Shown here: positions 40,711 through 52,732 of the stretch, in pieces
Numbering within the stretch: the stretch's first letter is position 1
Layout: the number at the start of each line of letters is the position of its first letter
Assembly: GCA_965153455.1 (NCBI GenBank)
Contig: OZ234494.1
Span: forward strand, 1,612,001-1,676,000
DNA: 64,000 nucleotides
Direction: 5' to 3'
From: Sphagnum compactum
Lineage: Eukaryota
Notes under the pieces: model-generated
Seen by the model: only the letters and a program-made list of their open reading frames with translations
Told to the model about the DNA's origin: nothing
Database searches by the model: none
Made by a program: the position numbers and the translations under genes

Positions 40711-41163
40711 CTAGTGTGGCCTGTGCTGTTGGCCCAAGTGTTACCATGTCCTCAACTGATTTTTCCTTTCAAAACCTGGTTTTTTGGAATTTATTTGAAT
40801 TTTCAGCGGCAGAAATCACTTAAAAATCAATATTTCCCACATTTTGAATCCAAATCTTACCAAATAAATTCCATTAAATCCTGCTCATCAAGATCTTTCC
40901 AACAACACCAAAGGCACATTTCAGTTCTTCTAAATTTTCAGCTACGGTTTAATTTAATTTTCAATGAAGAAATCATTCAATATTCAAGAACTTTTGCACA
41001 TCAAGTCCAAACGCCATGGAACCAAGCCCATGCACCCCTTCTCGTAGAGAGCTTTCCAAAGACACCAAGAACACGATCTGAAGCATCCCAGTTGGGTGGA
41101 TCTCATAACTACAATACAAAACGAAACAAACAAACTACCTTCCTTCATTCCTTCATAGATAGA
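40711..41163 (-). mobile_element. Non-autonomous Helitron
   Basis: On the minus strand it starts TC (TCTATCTATGAAGG) and ends with a GC-rich sub-terminal GGGCCAACAGCACAGGCC then CTAG. Inserted at an A|T dinucleotide (40710/41164) with no TSD, splitting a GAACC-rich host repeat. Confidence 0.75.
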
Positions 41164-42092
41164 TGTGGAAAGGAAACCAGAACTGAGGCACTTTTAATTT
41201 ATTTCTTAGAACTGGAACCAAAGGCTCTTCATAAAATAAACCTTGAACCACCCAATACTGGTTGCAAGGTTGCAATTGTATACAAATTTGTTACTATTTA
41301 TTTGTATACTAGCTTAGTATACTATGAGAATAATGTGTTAAAAACTCCTTGTAATTTGCATGTCTTTTGCATGCATCATGTAGCTACTAGTTGGCTAAAG
41401 CAACTCTTTTTAAAAAAAATCAGTCACTGATTTGAACCAATTTATCATCAAGCTAGGTCACCTTTTTTCTTTGTACCTAGGCACCAAGTCTATGACACTA
41501 ACACCAATTCACTCAAGTTAACTCCTCAAACGGGTTTCAAGGCTCTCATTCTAACAATCTCATTGGCTTTATACGCTTTTATATTCACCCCTGGACACAA
41601 GCCTATTCCACAGTCAGTCAGGATCATTCCATCCAAAATTACAAGAAGGAACTAACAACCTGCCTGAGACAGGAAAGACAGAAAAGCAACTTAACAAGTG
41701 AAATCAGTTAGATTAAACGTTGGAAAGAGGCAGTTGATGGAGTGTAATGGGCTAGTGAAAAAGAAACTTCCAGACTTTCTTGCCTGCAGCTGACTAGTAG
41801 GCTGGAAAAATAGTTTAAAAGAAGAGGGAAACTATTATTCTAACCAAAGTCTCCGTCAGTCTCTTGTAGTTCATCATTCCTCTCCTTATTCTCTGTCCCA
41901 GCTCCCCCTGCTATCTACCTGATGTTCTCCAACGAAGCAGCAGCTTAGGAGCGAGACTAGTTCAGTTTTTTGCAATATTGTTCCATTGCAGCTCCATGCA
42001 TGCAGCCGGCTGCTGCTGCTTTGTACACATGATTATTGTATTAGCAGTGTTGTTGTTTGCAGCCATGGCCACTGTCTTTTCGTCACTGTAGC

Positions 42093-42329
42093 TAGTACTA
42101 CCACTGATCATGGGGTTGGGCAGCTGCTAGCTAGTACTGATCCAAGTCTTGAACTTTTGTATTGAAGGAGCTGCTGGCCGTGCTCTTTGGCTGGTGACCC
42201 ACAACTAGCCGCAAATATATTAGTACTATAACTGATCATGGGTTGGGCAGCATCTAGCTAGTACTGATCCAAGTCGTGAACTTTGTATTGAAGGAGCTTC
42301 TGGCCGTGCTCTTTAGCAACCAGCCGCAA
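42093..42329. repeat. Diverged ~128-bp tandem duplication upstream of MIR171
   Basis: TAGTACTA..ACTGATCATGGG..CTAGCTAGTACTGATCCAAGTC.TGAACTTT.TATTGAAGGAGCT.CTGGCCGTGCTCTTT at 42093 and 42221. Confidence 0.9.
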
Positions 42330-42949
42330 TATTCGCCTAGCTAGTTTTGCATCGTATATATCCTGCTGGTACTACTGCTAGCATTGCGCATGCACGGCGC
42401 GTTTGCAGCAAGCTGTGTTATACCGTTAGACAGACGAATGTTAGGCTCTGCTCGTGGCTTACCAACCTCAGCATCCTGTCGAAAAATGCTAGGTTAAAAG
42501 CTTTTTGCTGAGCCAAACCGGCATGTTTTGACTTTTGTTCATCGAATTTTCTTTTGCTGGGCCACATTATACTGAGCACTGGTCCAGGAGTTGCTGTAAT
42601 ATTGTTGTACTTCTAGGTAAATCAGTTGAGTGCTGTTCAGAAACTATCAGGGTGAACTTGGCGTTAAGCAGCAGAAATAACGCACATTAAGAACGAGTTT
42701 CCTGTAGTGACAAGAAGTCTAGCAGGGCTGCCGGAGAAACTTCGGATGATGATAGGTTTTTTCCGAAATGCAGGAAGTAAAAACCGTGATCGGAGCATGA
42801 AGAGAGCTTGATCAATTTAGTCCCCGGAGGTGATCATGATCGAAGTTGTCTCTGGTCGATTGGTGAAAGGATTTTTCTCTCAGCGTGGCAGAGGTTTCGC
42901 AACACAGTTCGAGAAGAAGAGGGAGGGGCAAGCTGGCCAATTATTAATG

Positions 42950-43058
42950 GAGGGTAGGTCTTCGGCATGTGATATTGGCGGTGCTCAATCCGATGACCAT
43001 GCTAGAGCGTGGCGTTGCCCTCAGATTGAGCCGCGTCAATATCACATCCTGCGTTCTC
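42950..43058 (+). ncRNA. MIR171: miR171-family microRNA precursor (mature 3p about 43026-43046, star 5p about 42970-42990)
   Basis: 3' arm GATTGAGCCGCGTCAATATCACAT matches the conserved miR171/170 sequence. It pairs with 5' arm ATGTGATATTGGCGGTGCTCAATC (2 mismatches, 1 G:U). A short inner stem CCATGC/GCGTGG closes the loop. Confidence 0.93.
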
Positions 43059-45049
43059 ACTACTATTTCTAATCCCAATTCTCAGGAGCCTGATCAGTTA
43101 TTATTTTGTACTGCAGTGCTTCTAGCCTTCTAGAGTGTATATACAAACCAGTTTGATGCGCGCACTAGGAGAAAACTTAAAAGACTGTCTTGCTTGCTTT
43201 CGAGCATGACAACTCTTATCGATGCAGAGTTGCGAATAATGTCTGTTTGTTCTGGACTGAGTGAGTTCTGGAGATGCCAGATACAGGCCAGAGTTGCGCT
43301 AACGTGATCTCTTGTCTAACATTTCTAATGGGTTTATGAGCAAGTCCTGACTGCAGTTTTGAAAATGCAGCGCATCATGTCCTAACTGTAATGAGTTCAT
43401 CATGTTATTCAGCTTCGTGCATGGCAGGAAATACAAGCTGCTCCAGTCGAGCACATGAGCAGTTGAGGACGTGTTTGTGATTGTTTCGTGTGCATGTACA
43501 TGCGCAGATCCTTGGAAATAAGCGTCTCCCAGTCATTGCACCGCAAAAATTGTTTTAATCATCCAAAAGCAACTGGATCATCTTCCGCGCATTATGAGCA
43601 GATCAAGCAGCTTGAAACGCATGTTCCTCGATCGTGTTGCAATGAGTTAGTGTTGCTCATTCCCACTGCATTACATGAAATGTAGTCTGATGAATCAGCT
43701 GATCATCAAGGAACATGCTCTACTTGAGAGTTCTCATGCGTTCGTGGAACATGCTCTAGTTCACACTCTTCTTTCCTCTCAACTACTGACAGTCCAGAAC
43801 TACTAGCCAGGGCGAGAAGCTAGCAGGAACGTCGGATAACATCAAGGTCTGTCTGTCCGACTCTGGGATGGCAGATTATCTTATTTCTTGCATTATATGA
43901 CACAACCTTCCTGTAATGATCATACAGTGCTAAAGACCTGCCAAAAAAACTTTAGTCATGTATTGGGACCGCATGTTCTACACAGAAATTTGACTTCTGA
44001 GAAATGGCAAGGCATTTCATTTTATGGAGGTATCTCCCCTTTTTCCCAATGGGATCTTCTGGTTACCGGAGGTATCTTCCATCTTGTTGCAAATTTCAGC
44101 AGATCCTTACATGGGTTAAGGTCCTTAGTTCAGGGCATTACCAAAAGTGGGTGCACCCCAGCATCTACCACTTTGCACTGCTCCTTCTTTTGGTAATGCC
44201 CTCAACCTGGGGCCTTACCCCATACATAAAAGTGACCAAAATCCTGTGTTTCAAACATAAATATTTTTTGAAATTGTTGAATCTGCCATCCCAGACCTTA
44301 ATGTCATGGAATGGTCTGGCCCAGCTTGCCCTGGAGTGGCCTGGCATGTTTCCATAGTAAAAAAGCTGTTGAATTATCTCTTCACTGCCACTCAATTAAG
44401 CGACCGGTTTCATGAAACCCAAATTAAACCTTTACTTGGTATCTAGAGTTTCAGCCCCAACTTCTGAACTTTTTTCCAACGGTCTTGTCTTTTGAACCAG
44501 CTCAGTTCGTTTTAGGTCTCAAACTGGTACTCAAACTGAGTTATACAGTGTTTTTTGGGGTCAATTTTGTGATGTAGGCAAAGTGGTGATCATCCATAAG
44601 AAGATTTAGCCAAATTTGACTTAAAATGATCTATGACAATAAAAACGTTTAAGTTGTTCATCTACGTATTTGCCTACTTACCAGAACCAAACATAGAAAT
44701 CTGATGATTTTTATTAAAAATTTCTTGATTTTTGACTAGTGAAAACTCTAAGAATCATTTCATGAATCTTTTTCATTTTTTCATTTTAATTTCACTTTTT
44801 AATGAAATCTCGCCAGTTTTTTAAAATGCCAGGAACTCGTATCTAATATAGATCACAGCCAAAGCTGGCCCAGAGCATAAGACCCTAATAAACTGAAAAC
44901 TAGAAACCACATATAATTCAGTTAGATGTCCATATCTAACTGGTTGTGAACAATGACACCAGATTGTATAGGATGCTTATAGTTTTACTCCTTCCTTTCT
45001 ATGTGGAATCAGATTTAAGCTCAGGCACATGACCACCCTAAGCCATCCA

Positions 45050-45764
45050 GGCCAGAGTGAACAAGCACCCACGAGGGGACATCCATTGGATGCCCATTAT
45101 GACTCAGTTATGGACAAACCTCAACTGAGTTAATACCTGGTTTCACCTTGGTAACCCATTCTGTAAGAAGTAGGTCCTATACACAGGTAGGGAAATACCT
45201 AGGTGACTAGATAGTTTATTTCCATAGTAGGTAAGGGCTGTTTTTACTATCTACCTAGTTGGTAGGTAGTAAAAAAGCAACTGAGCTAACCACCATGGTT
45301 AGCTAGGGAGCTGGGACCCAACCGAAAACTGTATCTTACCATCCACCCTGGCCAGAGTGAATCAGCGCTCACTAGCACACCATCTATTGGATGCCCATTT
45401 ATGACTGAGTTATGGATGAACCTCAACTAAGTTAATATCCAGTTACATCTGGATAACTCATTCCAGAAGAAGTATTGCCTATATAGGTAGGAAAATAGGT
45501 GATTACTAGATAAGTAATTGGTTTATACATAGGTAAGACTGCTTTTACTACCTACATACTAACAACTCACAAGCCGACAGTTGTTAGGAGGCAGGTTGTA
45601 AAAAAGCAACTGAGCTAACTACCATGGTTAGCTAGGGAACTGGAACCTAACAGAAAACTGTTTCCTGACCAGTTAGCATCCATCCTTCAGGGTGCACTCG
45701 GTACTGGTTTACTCTGGCTATGTATCCTTCAGGGTGCACTGGTGGGTACTGGTTCACTCTGGCC
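45050..45764. mobile_element. Mutator-type MITE (outer copy) interrupted by a sister copy
   Basis: TIRs GGCCAGAGTGAAC... (45050) and ...GGTACTGGTTCACTCTGGCC (45764), the same as the large MULE termini. Confidence 0.85.
45350..45719. mobile_element. Mutator-type MITE (inner copy)
   Basis: GGCCAGAGTGAATC...GGTTTACTCTGGCT. Flanks ATCCACCCT and ATGTATCCT both derive from the family-internal ATCCATCCT, consistent with a decayed 9-bp TSD. Confidence 0.8.
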
Positions 45765-47104
45765 AGCACGCAAGGACACTAAATATTCCACCGCTTGATC
45801 AGTGGTAAAAGAATATTGCCCATGGACTGTGGAGGAAGATTATCATAGAAAACAGAGGCTCTAGGACAGTAAAATAAAACGAAATGGCAACGCTGATCCA
45901 TGAGCTTTCATGAGTATGTATTGGCAGTAATAATGGTGCTGCCTTTCGCGTGAAACGCCTGGTAACCTGCTAGGATAAGGGGCTTAGGTCATTTTTCGCC
46001 GACTGGCCAGTACATTGCATTGCCATTATTTCCAAACATGTGCGTGGGCCTTAAGTTAGCTGCACAAAGAACAATATCTGTACAACAAACCTCGCAGTCT
46101 GCAGATGAACGTAAGTCAGGACGCAGAAGGAGACAGCTGCACCAGTATTAAAGCGTCCGGAGCAGAAATAGATCGTTGTCACAAGGAAGCAGTTCAAAAC
46201 AGTTCCCAGGGAATGAGCTACGTACCTGCAAGTGTTGGCCGGTTACAATATTTTAGACCAGTCCAGAGGAAATGAAGAGTACATATATAAAACAAAAGAT
46301 ACCGGATATTTCAAAAATTCCTCCGGAAAAGATAGTCATGCATCCATTGAAGTTTTTCATTCGCTGCCTGGTTGTGCATTTGTTGATTTCAAATTCAAGA
46401 TAGACATATATCAAACTTCGCATGCTAATTATGCAAAGGCAATGACATTCAAAATTAAGTAGCTCTTGTGGGAGAATTGAACCCCAATTCTCTAAAGAAC
46501 TTTACTTTATTCAGTACAACACAAGTTGTTTGCAAAAAAAAATACTCTCACCTCAACACCCCAACCTTAACCCCACCCACCCAAAAACTTGCTATAACTT
46601 GATCACCAATAGAAACACAATGCCCAAAAGCCCAAGGACATACAAAGTTGTTGCAACTTGATTGACAACAAAAATACACCCAGAAGCCCAAGAATCTTGT
46701 ACCATCAACATGGACCAAAAAAATTAGAATCACTCCAAGGGAAAATTAATTGGGAAAAAAATTAAGAATTGGTGAAGGTGACTAACTTAATCACTATCAA
46801 CCCTCAACTTTTCAAAATATTCAAATTCTTCAATCAATTCATTATTTTTTTGACCAAAACAACTTCAACTTTAAGATAATCCTTGAAGTTTTCATTTTCA
46901 TGCAATTCAAGCACAAATCATTTGGCCAATCAAAAAATTTCATTTGTAAATGGCAATGCCTCAAAGTTATCAAAATACCAACAAGGTTAAACATTCTTTT
47001 TGTCTAAATTTGAAACTCCAGAATCCCAAGAGTTTATTTGACCAAGAAATAGACATTCGAAAACTAACCTTCACGGGTCTACCACCAAGCTTGAAGATCT
47101 ACAC

Positions 47105-48016
47105 TATCACGACCCTAGCTTCGAGTTCGCACCCAAGGTAAGGGCATGGAAAAGTGCAAGCCGAAAATGCGAGCTAGGAGTCACATTCACACTCTTAGGA
47201 ATGTGGGAAAGTGTGAGGGAATGAGATCACACACTCCCAAATGAATTCTCACTTTGGGAGTTGGAGTCCCAATGGACTCCCAAATTTTCATAAAACAATT
47301 TGAAGGGTCAAAATTCATTGGATTGAGGACTTTTTTATACCATTAGAAATATTTTAAGACGTAAATGTCTAAAATGGGCTCACATGATCCATTTGAATAC
47401 TTACAACACAAGTTATAGTCGAAAGAAAGGTCAGGAATCAAAGTGATAATTTGACCCTGACCATTAAAAGTCGGGAATTGTTTTGAATTATATGCGTGTA
47501 GGAAGCGTGCCACATATTGTTGGAAAGCTTTCAACGAGGGTTATAATTTTTCTTGAAACCTCACTTCAATCAGAGGTCTGCACAAGAAGTTATGGGTGTC
47601 CAAATTGGTGGGAGTCCCAATTTCAAGAATTGCAGGACTCCCAACTTGGGAATCTTGGGAAAAATGCCATTCGGATGTAACCCTCATAACATGTCACAAG
47701 AATACTAAAAGGGGAAGGTGGTGGCTTCACCCCAGTCCGAACTATGGTGAATCTTGTGAATTCGTGTATGGTCGTGACTTGTCTGTGCACCAAAAATGCT
47801 CTAACTATGCATTAACCAACTTGTTGTTTGGCTTGTCTAAATTGATATGAATAGTTGACATGCTTGTCATTCGTCCTAGTCCCCATCCTAGAGCTCCAGC
47901 ATGCCTTTCTTACATTAGAAGTGTTATGATCTAGAAAGTGTGCCCCAACTCTTTCTTTCGTTATTTTCACTTTGGGACTCGCATTTGAGTCTTTCAAGGA
48001 ATTTGGGGATGTGTCA
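47105..48016. mobile_element. Solo-LTR family copy
   Basis: TATCACGACCCTAGC (TG mutated to TA) ... GGGGATGTGTCA. Perfect 5-bp TSD TACAC (47100-47104 and 48017-48021). Confidence 0.9.
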
Positions 48017-50317
48017 TACACACATAGATTAAAGGATAGATAACCTTTGAAATTAAAAAATTCTTTAGTAACAAGTGCCCATGAAAACTCCTCCATGGAA
48101 GCTCAAACACCAAACATGTTAATATTTTCTTTTTCAACTTAAACAATAACTCCATCACATGGTGTTATAATATTTTAACAATAGGATTTAGTTATCAAAA
48201 ATTGTCATAAAAAGGGCGACATGAATTCTTTCACATCATATTTAGTAGCACATTTCCATGCCCCACAAAGTTTTCCATAACCCGTAAAGATTTAAAATAA
48301 TGATCCAACATCAAAACCAACATATTGTTAATTTGCTGAGAATCAAAAGTTTTCAAAAATTCCAGAAAAGTTTAGCTTACCTTCGTAACCTCTTCTCAAA
48401 TGTTTTTACTCAACAAATGGAACTATATGGCAATTGATTTTAATAAAACTAAACAATTAAATATATAATACAACTTATATAATGTAAATGTGCAAACTTT
48501 GCACACACATTATTATTGTCCAAATTATGATAAGTAGTGCAAAATTGAATTCCATCATTATTTATAAACATGAAATGGATGTAAATTTGTATACATTGAC
48601 ATTCAAGGTTTGAAAATGCATTACAAGAACATTTTTTTAAAAACAATTATATTGAAATACAATTTTATTAGAAATCTAAATATACACCCAAGTTATTTGT
48701 AACAAAAAATTTCCTCTACTTTTACAAAGAACCACAATAATCAAATATCTTCATTTTAAAATTTATTTTTTTTACTTCTATATTTTTTTTGTTGAAATGG
48801 AACTAAATCATAATTTCTTCAATCCACATTGTCTAATTGAAATCAACAATATCATAATATTCAATGTCACATGTGAAATGAAATTATTAACATATACATA
48901 ACATTATAATGCAAAAAATATATAAATGTTCATCCTTTCAATTTAAATAAAATTAGTTTACAAATGCAGTGCCATTAACAAAACTTATTTATCATTAAAA
49001 TGCTACATAAAATTGATACAAAGTAAATTATAATCAATTACACTTGCATACAATGGTAATTTTCAAAATATAATGCATCATATAGTTGGAGTATTGAGAT
49101 TAGAATTCACCAGGGTCCAATTTTTTTTAAGTGTACCAAAATCTTGTCACAACGTTACCCTTTTCTGTTTTTTTTTACCTAGTCATTTTTACCATGTAAA
49201 GTCACATCTATGGATGATTATGATGGAATCTAAAATTGTAATGGTCTAAAATATAGTCCTTTTAGAACTTTTGACATTTTTTGACTCATTAATTTTTATG
49301 GGGATCAAAATATAAGGTAAAAAAGGACTACAGTAAGGACTATGCCCTTTTCATCCTATGTGGTACACCTTAAAGGATTTTCACCCACCATACATTTGTT
49401 GTTATGGAATTGTTTTTTTGGCATGTATTGGTTTAGACTCTTACACAACAAACAACACATTCAATGGCATATTTATTAATAACTTAACCAAATTATACAT
49501 CACATGTGCATGGTCTTCTACTCAAGACTATATTTTTCAAACATAACCACCATTTTATTTTTGAAAAAACCTTCAACCTCCAAAAATAAGAACAAGAACT
49601 TTCAACCTCCAAAAATGAAAATAATTTTCAACCTCCAAAAACAAGAACAAGAACCTTTAACCTTCAAATCTTTTAAATAAAAAAACAAATTTGTGACAAC
49701 CTTTTAGCTTCACTTTAAACGAGGTAAGAAATCTTAATTATTTAGTAAATGACATGATAATTGCATCACCAAAAGACTAAGAAACGCACAAAATGTTTAG
49801 AAAAAAAAAACCTGAACTTTTTAATTCATCTTGAATTTTTGACAATAAGCATAGGTGCATGAAGGTTGTTGATGTAATGTGGGAGATCTACTAATTTACT
49901 ACCATGTTTCACTTGCTCAAGGGTAAATTCCTCCCCAAATTCAAAATTTTCAATTTTCAAATTCCAAGTTGACGTCTAATTATCCACATGTTGGTTTGGT
50001 TGATTTGGTTACTCTGGCTTACATGTTTACTAGAATTGGTTTTCAGAAGGAAAAAAATTTATCTTTTATAGTTCATCTTGAATTTCCTTATGATAGGCAT
50101 AGGTCCATGATTAACTTGAAAGAATCAACCTTTATTAATGAAGCAATTAAACATTCAGGGTATAAGACTTCAATGTATATAAAACTAGATCCATATATAC
50201 ACCCTAATTGAATTTGTAATACAATATACACATTTTTTAAATTTCACTTCAAAATCAAGCTTTCACTTTCAATGAATTTTATGGTTTGACAAGTTTATAA
50301 GGCAACATGTGATGTTA

Positions 50318-50849
50318 TGAGTTGCAATGTAGTGAAAAATTAATAATAAAATTGAACAATAGTTGCAAAATAGTGAGAAATTAGTACTTATATAGTGGCA
50401 ACTTAGTAGCACAACTAGGTATATCAATGGGAATCATACTTGACAACTAATTGCAAACAAGTTGAAAGTGTCATATGTAATGGGCAATGAAAATGCATTC
50501 ACGTGGCATGATCATATGTGTCAAGGTTGTACACTAGTTACAAAATAGTCATTGATTAGTTGCTACATTTGCCTTAGTTATAATGCAATTGTCTTGTGCT
50601 ACTAAATTGCAACTTCTAACAAAGTCAAACATGGTTGACTCCAACCATAACTACAATGTGTACATTCCATTATATAGATGTTTATTTTACAACTAACTTA
50701 CAACCACAATACAACTTCGTAATGATCTAACATGGCAATTTATTTATTATTTCATATATTTCCATGGGAAAGTTGTAGTGTAGTTATATATTAATTTTGG
50801 AGCTTTAATTGTAGGAGTTTAATTGCCATAGACATGATTTTTCATAGTG
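50318..50849. mobile_element. Non-autonomous CACTA-like terminal fragment
   Basis: Dense AGTTGC/GCAACT subterminal motifs ending GATTTTTCATAGTG (reverse complement CACTATGAAAAATC). Partner terminus not found. Confidence 0.5.
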
Positions 50850-51099
50850 TATTGACATGCTTTAAACATCAAATGTTTGAAGTAAATACCTTCATAAACT
50901 CACAAAAATTTGAATGGTTAAAAATCAATAATTGATCATAATGTTATAGCCATGGTTCCCAAGTTGTTGCCTTCCTCGTTTACAAGAGTAATACAAAGTG
51001 AATTAGTCAAATTTTTCCAACAAAGATTAAAGTTACAAAGCCATTACACTACCATTTGTTTCATGCACTTCAAACAACCTATCAATAACATGCACTTCA

Positions 51100-51350
51100 A
51101 CTATTTTTCATTCCTTAGAAGGATTGTGATCCACCTAGTGGCCATTAGGTTCTAATTCAACTCTTTTTCACTCCTTAACAGGATTGTGATCGACTTGGTG
51201 GCCACCGGGTTTTAATTTAACTCTTTTTCATTCCTTAAAAGGATTGTTATCCACTTGGTGGCCACCAAGTTTTCATTCAATCCTTTTTCAATATGTAAAA
51301 ACATTATGATCCACCTAGTAGCCATTAGGTATTCATTCAACTTTTTCCCA
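51100..51350. repeat. 60-bp minisatellite, about 4 copies
   Basis: GGATTGTGATCCAC.T.GTGGCCA..AGGTT..ATTCAACTCTTTTTCA units at 51121, 51181, 51241 and 51301. Confidence 0.92.
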
Positions 51351-52732
51351 ATCCAGAAAAGAACCCTCCAAATTTTTTATGGTTTTTTTGGTATTTTGTT
51401 AAGTCCAAAATTAATTAAGTACATGCTATATTAAATAGCATTAATTTTGTGAAAAATAAAATAGAAAGCCCAAACACCAAAAGTGAAATCGAAAATTAAA
51501 TGCAACACATTTCGGAGGCGTGTACTTTATGCACATGTCATGAAATTGCCCAAGTTGGCTCCCTTGTAATGTGCTTTCAGCTTTGAAGTTTGATATTTAC
51601 AATGACTTTAATTCAAGTGCACATTCAACTCCTATGATTACCAAAGAAATGTCTTTCTTACCGAAATGAAAGCATGCTACAAGCTTTCCTTGAAGTTGGG
51701 TCGAGTGTGAGTTTGAAATGTAATGTGCACACAAGGTGAAAAATGTATAATAATCAATGGCGCCTCCCAAGGCTACCAACATGAATTTTCATTTTGGGAG
51801 TTGGAAATCCTTGGAAATTGCTCAAAATGTTATTCAAGGGATCAAAACATATTTAAATGGTGTGATCTTCATATTGTTAGGGAGGTATCATCATGAATTA
51901 CAATATGATGGGTTGCATTGCCAAAATAAATTCAATGGCCAGAAATTATAACCATTTCAAAAATCTCAATCTAGGTCAAATGAAAAATTCAAATGTTGTT
52001 CAATTAGGACATGATTTTTGATATCAAATGATGTGGAGGATGGAGGAGCTTGGCACAATATTGGAATTTCATGGGCTATGTGATAGAACTTTAAATCATT
52101 TTAATTAGACACATTTTGATAATATTGTGACTTGCCAACATTTCTAAGGTAATAATTTGGAGATTTGTGCATTTTTGGGATCTAAATTTATTTTGATATA
52201 AGTTTGGTGAAGAACTGCAAAGTGAAAAAGAGTGAATTGCATGTGTAGATGGGAAGCAACCCCCTTTTATGAAACGCCATTACAAACTACATAGGAATGG
52301 ACACATTCCAACAAATGGAGTCTTTTTTGTGCGTAAAGATATCTTGATAACACCACTCAAAAGTCTTTTTCAATTGTGCTTTATGTAATTACTGTCTTCA
52401 ATATATCGTTCTAATGAAAATTCTCCTAGTAGTAAACCCAACCTCCATGGTGGCTTTCTAAACATTCATAAACATGTAGAATAGAAGCCACTAGTTAATA
52501 ATGCATCTCTTGGATTTGAATGGATACTAAAAAGGAAAAAAATACATCCAAAATGGTATAATTAGTGTGGATCCCATGTCCTAATTCCAAAGCTTCAACT
52601 ACTAATCACCTCCTTGCCCCAATTTGTATAGTTGATACATGACCAAAAAAATTACATATTGAAGGATTATATAGGTATTTTCATGCCACACCATCAACTC
52701 ATTGTATTTTGAATGTACCCAAATATTATATA

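Noticed and set aside
40714-41430. 238-aa ORF as a host gene
   Set aside because: Starts at GTG, runs antisense through a Helitron into flanking repeat sequence, and has no recognisable domain.
42156-42298. TTTGTATTGAAGGAGCT resembling miR159/319 (two copies)
   Set aside because: It has a mismatch and a deletion against the conserved mature sequence, and I found no complementary star arm.
42830-43072. 80-aa ORF over the hairpin
   Set aside because: It overlaps the MIR171 stem-loop, which explains the sequence better; no protein motif.
41905-43780. Possible TAS-type miR390 site (about 41908) and miR156 site (about 43760)
   Set aside because: Too many mismatches, and the spacing does not fit a two-hit TAS locus.
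51720-52260. Sixth, very decayed solo-LTR copy
   Set aside because: Only scattered motifs (TTTTGGGAGTTGGA, GGGATCAAAAC) remain, with no ends or TSD.
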